The position numbers and the translations under genes are program-made. Source: Diplonema japonicum (lineage: Eukaryota > Protista > Euglenozoa: Diplonemea). Taken from it: a stretch of DNA of 64,000 bases. The notes under the pieces are model-generated. The model searched no databases, was not told where the DNA came from, and saw only the letters and a list, made by a program, of their open reading frames with translations. The stretch is from assembly GCA_964019335.1 (NCBI GenBank), contig OZ025716.1, positions 372,001 to 436,000 on the forward strand. Reading direction: 5' to 3'. Positions 22,856 to 31,415 of this stretch are shown one piece after another. Position 1 is the stretch's first letter, and each line of letters starts with the position of its first letter.

Positions 22856-25612
22856 ATGGACAAGGATCCAGCTTTAAAGGTCGATGAGGTGGAACAGAGT
22901 GGCTGTAAGTATCGCCTTGAGCGCTTCTCAGCCGCGGTGCACAATGGAACAGAGAAGGCCTTCGAGAAGCTCAGCACCCTTGTGGTAAACCACCCGGGAG
23001 TGACCATCGCCATCTGCGTCGTCTTCGCCGCCATCATGGCACAGGGCGTGTGGCTCTACGATGAGGAACTCGCTTCTGATAAGCAGTTCACCCCACGTGA
23101 CAGCCGTGCGGTGGAAGACCAAGATTGGGTGGTCGACAGGTTCGGCCACGAGGATCGTACTGTTTACCTGCAGACACTTGGCACCGATGGAACGAACATG
23201 CTGACGAAGGCCTCGCTGCTGTACATGCAAGAGATGCACGAGTGGCTCCTGTCACAGTCGCTCATCGTGGACGGGGAGAACGTGACCTACAACGTGGTGT
23301 GCGCGAGGTACACTAAAGACGACGATTGCAAGTCTCCTGTCTCTGTTCTGTCCTACTGGCAGCACAACAGAACCCTCCTTGAGGCCGACCCGAACCCTCT
23401 TTCCACCATCAACTCTGTTGACTGGAGGGACATTGAACCTTCTGGTCCACCCCTCTCTTACTACGTCGGCAGTGATGCTGTTCGTGATGCCAGTGGGGCG
23501 TTGGTGTCGACACGGGCCACGCGTATCATTTACAACCTGAAGAACGAGAAGGAAGATATTTCTGGCGTTGGCAACGACGACCCGCAGAGCAGGTACTTCG
23601 AGATCCTGGTTGCTGAGAAGTCTGCTGACAGGCGTTCGGCTGACAGGCAGGCACACAGCGCTGAAGCCTACATTCTTACAGAGGGCCAAGAAGAAGAGGC
23701 CGGCGACGAGGCGACGGGCTCCGACGTGGCTAGCCTGATCATTGGGTACATGTTGATGTTTACGTATGCCTCCTTCATCCTGTCTCGTGGCCGTGTGAAG
23801 TACTCCCACTCTATTCTTGGTTTAGTGTCAGTTGTGTCCATCGGCTTGTCAACCTTCAGTGCCTACGGCCTCTGCTGGTACATCGGGATCAAGTTCAACA
23901 ATGTCGTTCAGGTGCTGATCTTGGTGCTTCTCGGTGTTGGGATCGACGACACCTTTGTGATCATGGACTCCTGGTGGGACTGCTATGAAATCCCCACAAT
24001 GAAGGAGAGGATGATTGCGGCCATGAAGCACGCTGGTCCTGCAGTCACGATCACCTCTGTGACCGACCTCATCGCCTTCCTTGCCGGATCTGGCACTGCT
24101 TTCCCCGCCCTTCGTGACTTCTGCTACTACGCTACTTTCGGCATCCTTTTCGATTTTGTGTTCCAATGCACATTCGTGGTAGCCATTGCATACCTTGACA
24201 GTGTGAGGCAGGAGCACGGTAAAGCAGACTGTCTGTGCTGTGTCTCTGTGGATGACGAGACAGGTGTGTGCGTGAAGAAGGACGGGTGGACGGAAGGGGA
24301 GAGGGGCATTCAAAACCGTGTTGTTGGGACGCACATGCCACGCCTTGTGCTTGGTAATGTTGTTGGCAAGGTGGTGGTCATCCTCATCTCCTGCTTCTTC
24401 TTAGGAATTGGCATCTACGGGTGCACTAAGGTGAAGATGAACTTCAACAAAGAGTGGTTCATCCCCGACGGGCACGCCATCGAGGCAGCCATGGATGTGC
24501 GCAACAACTACTTCAGCGGCGAGAGCCTCCCTGCCAATGTGTACTTCGGTGACCTCAACTACCCTCAGGAGCAGGACACGGTGCTGAACTCACTTTCAGT
24601 CCTTCGTCGGAACAGGTGGGTGGTGGCGAACTCCACCTCATCATGGATGGAGGACTTCCAGCAGTGGGTGAGGGAAGAGCACGTGGCGGACTGGGACCAG
24701 TCGGCTGGGAGGATCGTCCCTTCTCAGTTCTACAGGCTTCTTCGTGTGTTCGCCTCGACGGCAACAGGGCCCCGCAGTGCTTGGCAGCACATCGACAACA
24801 TCAGGTGGAGCAGCAACGGGAGTGACCTTATCGCCTCCCGTTCGGGCTTCTTCATTGTTGGCAGCACGCTATCGGAAAGCGAGGATGCCATCGACTGCAT
24901 GGACAACCTTCGTGCTGAGCTGTCTGGACCTGAGTTCCCTTGGGCTTTTCCATTCATCTTCTGGGAGTCTTACAAGCTGATGGTCCCCGAGATCACAAGG
25001 AACGTGGCCATTGCAGGATCGTGTGTGTTCGTGCTGGTCACCATCATGATTGCGAACGTACAGCTGGGCCTCCTCGTGACCCTTGCGATTGGATGTGTGG
25101 ACGTGTGCATGATAGGCTTCATGCCTTTCATCGGTGTTGACCTAAACAGTGTGTCTGTGATCTGCATTGTGCTTGCTGTCGGTCTGAGTGTGGACTACAG
25201 TGTCCACATTGCAGGGGCCTTCCTTCATGTGAAGTGTGAGGATGGCGATGAGCACAGTGGGAGGACACAGCGTGCGGCCTTCGCATTATGGAAGATGGGC
25301 CCTGCTGTGGTGAATGGGGGGACCTCTACATTCATCGCTGTGATGCCACTTGCCTTCGCTGTCTCATATGTGTTCTCTGTGTTCTTCAGGATGTTTACGC
25401 TGATCATCTTCTTCGGGCAGTGGTTCGGGGTGTTCTTGCTTCCGGTGGTGCTGTCGTTGGTGGGGCCTGACCCGTACCTCACAGCTCCGGAGCTGAATGA
25501 GAAGCCTCAGCAGAACCCTCTTCACCCTGAACATGATGCTCCAATGGATGTGACAAAGATGTCTGACTACAACTCACCTCTGAGTAATGCGGGAGATGTA
25601 GAGGCAGTGTGA
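22856..25612 (+). CDS. Patched/NPC1-like RND SSD protein, copy 5 (918 aa)
   Basis: Same motifs; shares QTLGTDGTN, GSGTAFP, IASRSGF and VDLNSV variants with copy 6. Confidence 0.93.
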   Translation: MDKDPALKVDEVEQSGCKYRLERFSAAVHNGTEKAFEKLSTLVVNHPGVTIAICVVFAAIMAQGVWLYDEELASDKQFTPRDSRAVEDQDWVVDRFGHEDRTVYLQTLGTDGTNMLTKASLLYMQEMHEWLLSQSLIVDGENVTYNVVCARYTKDDDCKSPVSVLSYWQHNRTLLEADPNPLSTINSVDWRDIEPSGPPLSYYVGSDAVRDASGALVSTRATRIIYNLKNEKEDISGVGNDDPQSRYFEILVAEKSADRRSADRQAHSAEAYILTEGQEEEAGDEATGSDVASLIIGYMLMFTYASFILSRGRVKYSHSILGLVSVVSIGLSTFSAYGLCWYIGIKFNNVVQVLILVLLGVGIDDTFVIMDSWWDCYEIPTMKERMIAAMKHAGPAVTITSVTDLIAFLAGSGTAFPALRDFCYYATFGILFDFVFQCTFVVAIAYLDSVRQEHGKADCLCCVSVDDETGVCVKKDGWTEGERGIQNRVVGTHMPRLVLGNVVGKVVVILISCFFLGIGIYGCTKVKMNFNKEWFIPDGHAIEAAMDVRNNYFSGESLPANVYFGDLNYPQEQDTVLNSLSVLRRNRWVVANSTSSWMEDFQQWVREEHVADWDQSAGRIVPSQFYRLLRVFASTATGPRSAWQHIDNIRWSSNGSDLIASRSGFFIVGSTLSESEDAIDCMDNLRAELSGPEFPWAFPFIFWESYKLMVPEITRNVAIAGSCVFVLVTIMIANVQLGLLVTLAIGCVDVCMIGFMPFIGVDLNSVSVICIVLAVGLSVDYSVHIAGAFLHVKCEDGDEHSGRTQRAAFALWKMGPAVVNGGTSTFIAVMPLAFAVSYVFSVFFRMFTLIIFFGQWFGVFLLPVVLSLVGPDPYLTAPELNEKPQQNPLHPEHDAPMDVTKMSDYNSPLSNAGDVEAV

Positions 25613-26107
25613 GTTCTCTATTTTGAATACTCTAGTTTTTCATGTGTCAGCTTGTGAGACAAGCATAAAACATGCATGCATTGATTAAGCTCTTGAGAAA
25701 GTCTTTGCAGCATGTTTCTTTTGAAAGTCATTTCTGTAAACTAGACACTTGGTACTTCTTTGCTTGGTTACTTGTAAGAACATATCAGTACTTATCTCAG
25801 GCTATGTACTGTATGCACAACTACGAGGTACCGACTCTTTCTTCTTTTTTTTTATGCTTATGTTTGCGAAGGTGTTGACGGGGCCAGAAATTCACCAATT
25901 TTAGACCCGCCAACCGTGGCTACATGGCCATATTTACTTCATGTTGTAGAATCACATTTTTTTTTTTATTATTGATCCCCAAGATTACTTTCTTACCCTG
26001 TGACCATCGTTTTCAGTTGCAGGTTTTCCACCCTTTTCATGGTTGTGGGCATGACTCGAACCATATCTCTTTTTTCTTTTCTTTGCTAGGTAATGGAACA
26101 GGCGATC

Positions 26108-26138
<31 letters not shown>

Positions 26139-26471
26139 TCATTTTTTAGAAAAGAAAAGTAAACGCCTGTATTTGGGAAAACTGCATATTTCTTCCTCCC
26201 AATACAGTATCTGTCCAAAGCTGCAATCATGGGAAACCCCCCCCCCCCCCCGGCATTTTGGCAGCCTCGTAGATATTTAATGCTTTAAGTACATAGAGGC
26301 TACGTGTAGCATTTCATGACGGGGGGCCATACCCAGTAAAGGTATTTCCTTACTTTATTGTACACAAATGAAACCCTTTTCTCTCCTTCTTCTTCTGCCG
26401 TTCTTCCTTCTTCTTCTTTTAACTAACTATCCCTGCTCCTCAAGAATGCACTTTCTAGGTTCTTTACAACA

Positions 26472-29216
26472 ATGGGCAAAACCCAAACTGAAGAGCAGCC
26501 TGCGCAGAGTAATGGATTAACCCATCGCCTTGAACGAGTGTCTGCAAAAATGCACACCGGCACAGAGAAGGGCTTCGGACAGCTCACCATACAGGTAGTG
26601 AACCACCCGGGAGTGACTGTTGCCATCTGCGTCGTCTTCTTCATAGTAATGTTCCAGGGCGTGTGGCTCTACGATGAGGAACTGGCAGCTGACAAGCTCT
26701 TCACTCCGCAAGACAGTGATGCTGCAGAGGACGAGACTTGGGTGGTCGACAGGTTCGGCAACGAAGACAGAACTGTTTACCTGCAGACACTTGGCACCGA
26801 TGGAACGAACATGCTGACGAAAGCCTCGCTGCTGTACATGCAAGAGATGCACGAGTGGCTCCTGTCACAGTCGCTCATCGTGGACGGGGAGGACGTGACC
26901 TACAACGTGGTGTGCGCGAGGTACACTAAAGACGATGATTGCAAGTCTCCTGCTTCTATTCTGTCCTACTGGCAGCACAACAGAACCCTCCTTGAGGCTG
27001 ACCCGAACCCTCTTTCCACCATCAACTCTGTTGACTGGAGGGACATTGAACCCTCTGGTCCGGACCTTTCTTATTACATCAGCAGTGATGCTGTTCGTGA
27101 TGCCAGTGGGGCGTTGGTGTCGACACGGGCCACGCGTATCACTTACAATCTGAAGAACGAGAAGGAAGATATTTCTGGAAAGGGAGTAGATGACCCGCAG
27201 TGCAGGTACTTCGAGATCCTGGTTGCTGAGAAGTCTGCTGACAGGCGCTCGGCTGACAGGCAGGCACACAGCGCTGAAACTTACATTTTGACAGAAGGGG
27301 AAGAAGCAGAAGCTGGTATTGAGGCAGGTCAGGATGACATTGCAAGCTTGTTCATTGGGTACTTTTTGATGCTTTTCTACGCTTCCTTCGTCCTGTCTCG
27401 TGGCCGTGTGAAGTACTCCCACTCTATTCTTGGTTTAGTGTCAGTTGTGTCCATTGGCCTGTCAACCTTCAGTGCCTACGGCCTCTGCTGGTACATCGGG
27501 ATCAAGTTCAACACTGTCGTTCAGGTACTTGTCTTGGTGCTTCTCGGTGTTGGGATCGACGACACCTTTGTGATCATGGACTCTTGGTGGGACTGCTCCG
27601 AAATCCCCACAATGAAGGAGAGGATGATTGCGGCCATGAAGCACGCTGGTCCTGCCATCACAATCACATCTGTGACCGACCTCATCGCCTTCCTTGCCGG
27701 ATCTGGCACTGCTTTCCCCGCCCTTCGTGATTTCTGCTACTACGCTACTTTCGGTATCCTTTTCGATTTTGTGTTCCAATGCACATTCGTGGTAGCCATT
27801 GCATACTTTGACAGTGTGAGGCAGGAGAGCAGTAGGTCAGACTGTCTGTGTTGTGTCCCTGTGGATGACGAGACAGGTGTGTGCGTGAAGAAGGACGGGT
27901 CGTGGACTGAGGGGGAGAAAGGCATTCAGAACCGTATTGTTGGGACGCACATGCCACGCCTTGTGCTTGGTACTCTTGTTGGCAAGGTGGTGGTCATCCT
28001 CATCTCCTGCTTCTTCTTAGGAATTGGCATCTACGGGTGCACTGAACTGAAGATGAACTTCAACCAGGAATGGTTCATCCCCGACGGGCACGCCATCGAA
28101 GACGCCATAGATGTGCGTGACAACTACTTCAGCGGCGAGAGCCTCCCTGCCAATGTGTACTTCGGTGACATCAACTACCCTCAGGAGCAGGACACGGTGC
28201 TGAACTCACTTTCAGTCCTTCGTCGGAACAGGTGGGTGGTGGAAAACTCCACCTCATCATGGATGGAGGACTTCCAGCAGTGGGTGAAGAAGGAGCACGT
28301 GGCGGACTGGGACCAGTCGGCTGGGAGGATCGTCCCTTCTCAGTTCTACAGGCTTCTTCGTGTGTTCGCCTCGACGGCAACAGGGCCCCGCAGTGCTTGG
28401 CAGCACATCGACAACATCAGGTGGAGCAGCAATGGCAGTGTCCTCATCGCCTCCCGTTCGGGCTTTCACATCATCGGCGCACCTTTATCTGACAGCGAGG
28501 ATGCTGTGGACTGCATGGACAACCTTCGTGCTGAGCTGTCTGGATCTGAGTTCCCTTGGACCTTTATGTTCCTGTTCTGGGAGTCTTACAAGCTGATGAT
28601 TCCCGAGATCACAAGGAACGTGGCCATTGCAGGGTCGTGTGTGTTCGTGCTGGTCACCATCATGATTGCGAACGTACAGCTGGGCCTCCTCGTGACCCTT
28701 GCAATCGGGTGTGTGGACGTGTGCATGCTCGGTTTCATGCCTTTCATCGGTGTTGACTTAAACAGTGTGTCTGTGATCTGCATTGTGCTTGCTGTCGGTC
28801 TGAGTGTAGATTACAGTGTCCACATTGCAGGGGCCTTCCTTCATGTGAAGTGTGAGGATGGCGATGAGCACAGTGGGAGGACACAGCGTGCGGCCTTCGC
28901 ATTATGGAAGATGGGCCCTGCTGTGGTGAATGGGGGGACCTCTACATTCATCGCTGTGATGCCACTTGCCTTCGCTGTCTCATATGTGTTCTCTGTGTTC
29001 TTCAGGATGTTTGCGTTGATCATCTTCTTCGGGCAGTGGTTCGGGGTGTTCTTCCTTCCGGTGGTGCTGTCATTTGTGGGGCCTGACCCGTACCTCACAG
29101 CTCCGGAGCTGAATGAGAAGCCGCATGAGAACCCTCTTCACCCTGAACATGATGCTCCTGTTGTTGAGGAGGTAGAAGAGATGAGCCCCACAGCAGAAGT
29201 AGAAAGAACCGTATAG
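26472..29216 (+). CDS. Patched/NPC1-like RND SSD protein, copy 6 (914 aa)
   Basis: Same motifs; colinear paralogue. Confidence 0.93.
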   Translation: MGKTQTEEQPAQSNGLTHRLERVSAKMHTGTEKGFGQLTIQVVNHPGVTVAICVVFFIVMFQGVWLYDEELAADKLFTPQDSDAAEDETWVVDRFGNEDRTVYLQTLGTDGTNMLTKASLLYMQEMHEWLLSQSLIVDGEDVTYNVVCARYTKDDDCKSPASILSYWQHNRTLLEADPNPLSTINSVDWRDIEPSGPDLSYYISSDAVRDASGALVSTRATRITYNLKNEKEDISGKGVDDPQCRYFEILVAEKSADRRSADRQAHSAETYILTEGEEAEAGIEAGQDDIASLFIGYFLMLFYASFVLSRGRVKYSHSILGLVSVVSIGLSTFSAYGLCWYIGIKFNTVVQVLVLVLLGVGIDDTFVIMDSWWDCSEIPTMKERMIAAMKHAGPAITITSVTDLIAFLAGSGTAFPALRDFCYYATFGILFDFVFQCTFVVAIAYFDSVRQESSRSDCLCCVPVDDETGVCVKKDGSWTEGEKGIQNRIVGTHMPRLVLGTLVGKVVVILISCFFLGIGIYGCTELKMNFNQEWFIPDGHAIEDAIDVRDNYFSGESLPANVYFGDINYPQEQDTVLNSLSVLRRNRWVVENSTSSWMEDFQQWVKKEHVADWDQSAGRIVPSQFYRLLRVFASTATGPRSAWQHIDNIRWSSNGSVLIASRSGFHIIGAPLSDSEDAVDCMDNLRAELSGSEFPWTFMFLFWESYKLMIPEITRNVAIAGSCVFVLVTIMIANVQLGLLVTLAIGCVDVCMLGFMPFIGVDLNSVSVICIVLAVGLSVDYSVHIAGAFLHVKCEDGDEHSGRTQRAAFALWKMGPAVVNGGTSTFIAVMPLAFAVSYVFSVFFRMFALIIFFGQWFGVFFLPVVLSFVGPDPYLTAPELNEKPHENPLHPEHDAPVVEEVEEMSPTAEVERTV

Positions 29217-30012
29217 GTTTTAATCTCTTCCCCCTCTCTTTTTCTCTCTTTTCCTTTTTTTCAGCAGAAGTTTCCTACCACAATAGGCTTTTCATTACAT
29301 TCCAAGATTGCTTTGCAGATATATCCGGCAAAATTTTCGAGGTTTTGGAAAGCCTATTGTTTGCGTATCTATTTTTTTCTGCGTACTAACCTCCGATCCT
29401 ATCACCCTGCAAATAAGATTCAGGTATCTATCTCCCTCCCCCCTCCCCCCTTTTTTTTCTTTAATTTTTTTGTTCTGAGCAAAATGAAAAAGAGAGGGAA
29501 GGAAAAAAAAAAGAAAACTGAAAAGTGAGTGCGTGCCTACTGACAAGGTTCTCGGAAAGTGGACTTCAAAGAATCTCCAGGACAGAAATAGTCTGGCCTG
29601 ATAAGTTTCCAAGGCGTTTGTCGGTCGTCACTCTTTCATTTTTTACAGCAATTATATATCTCTGGACTTCTGTAAGACAACTAGTGGCTCTGGAGGCGCA
29701 CAACTGCGATGGTCATTGCTAACGCTTCCTCCCCAGCACAGTAGGCCTCGTTCTGTTTATGTTGGATTCGTCGATTCTTTTTTTCTTCGTCTTTTCTTTT
29801 TTTTGAAAGAAAATGGAAAATAGTGAAAAGAAAGAACCGCCTTTTCCCGTAGCTCTACTTGGGCTCATTTTTTTGCGGCGTTTTTCTTTTTGTAATAAAT
29901 TTGTATTTTCGGAGTGGCAGGAAAGAAGGAAAAAAAAAGATAATTGAATATCCTATAGCCCCCCCTCCCCCCCATTCTTGTTTTTTTCCTCCCTATTTCT
30001 TTTTTGGGGCCC

Positions 30013-31357
30013 CCAGTTCGGGATGAGAAACCCCGTGTCAGTACTGAACGTTCTGCTGCCAGGGCATACGGCACATCCGTTGTCGAAGGTCATCTACGGA
30101 ACGATAAACAGCTTGGTCCGGGAGAGCCTGGCCTCTCCGCGTTTGCGGCAGCGTGTTGGTGAGATCATTGGTCTATACCAGGACCGCGATGACGATGAGG
30201 TGATGGGTCCGATTGGAGTCCTGCGGAACAGATGGCACCCCTTTCTGGGGAAGGGATGGTCCTTTGTACAGCGGTGGGGCAAGCCATCAGACCGGCATTG
30301 CGAAGAGGCTGATCGAGAAGAGATCAACCTTCGTGGGGATGGAGGCAGGGGCGTGCCCGTCCACGAACTATTGGTGGAAAAAGCTCCAGGCCCGGAGACC
30401 GTTGGTGTCCTTTAGGTTGCGGCGCATCATTAGTGGTGCAGTGTTCACGACTCACGAGGGGAGGGTGTGGGGGAGAAAATTGGATGGCCCTGGTGTGGAA
30501 AACCCAGCATTAGCGTGTGACGTTTGCGACCACCGGTCCCAGACAACGACCAGCATGACGGAGCATGCACTGTGGGAGTGCGAGCCGGCAAGGAGTGTGT
30601 TGGAAAGCGAGCAATACGCAGAGGAGAAGGCCTCCCAGCTGCCACAGCCCTTCACGGGATAGTCCCAAGAGGGGCCGACAAAGCAGGGAAAGAACGTGCC
30701 AGGATGGTGCAACAATACCTCCTGAAAGTAGTGACGGTCCGTGACGCCAGAGCAGCGGAAAAAAGCAAGAGAGTGCTCACCTCCAACCCTTGGGATGAGG
30801 TAACGACAGGGAGGCAACATGATGTTCCGTTGCTGAAGGCGAACGGGGCGTCAGGCGCGGTCCTGACCTTTCATTTGAAGAACGTCCTCAAGTGGCTAAG
30901 AGGCCTACGATGGTACGATGGTAAGAAGAAAACTTCCGTCACGACAATGGAACTCGCCATAGACTATGAGCAGACCACCCGCCGGTCATAGGTCCCCTCG
31001 ACGATCAAGACCTGCTCACGGAGAAGGCCGCAAGGATGCGATACATCTTGGGTCGCATCCAGAAATGCTCAGCACGCTGTGGAAGGTCAGCCTTCCCCGC
31101 CAACGCCAAATCAAGGGTGCATACCCTTCGACATCTTGGGGGCCCGACGGCACACGGCTAGACCACTCTTCTCCTCGAGCCAAACCCCCCCCCTACCTAG
31201 CACGACTCCAAGCAATGTTTCTCGCCCAGATGCCGTCCATCTCATCGCGACAAACAGCCACCGCAGGCACCAGACAGCAACCGCAGAACGGTGACCGATT
31301 AGTGTGAATTTCTACCTGAACAGCACCCCCATGCACACTGAAATTTTATCGAGTTTT
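30013..31357 (+). mobile_element. 5'-truncated, frameshifted non-LTR retrotransposon (3' part of RT ORF with CCHC knuckle)
   Basis: CDVCDHRSQTTTSMTEHALWEC is a C-x2-C-x11-H-x4-C zinc knuckle typical of LINE ORF2 C-termini. GC-rich island in an AT-rich spacer; the 3' end is repeated at 11.0-12.0 kb. 5' boundary approximate. Confidence 0.8.
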
Positions 31358-31415
31358 TTTTATATATACTTCTACATTTTTGAACCCACCTCAGGAGGGG
31401 GGCAACACTGCCGGG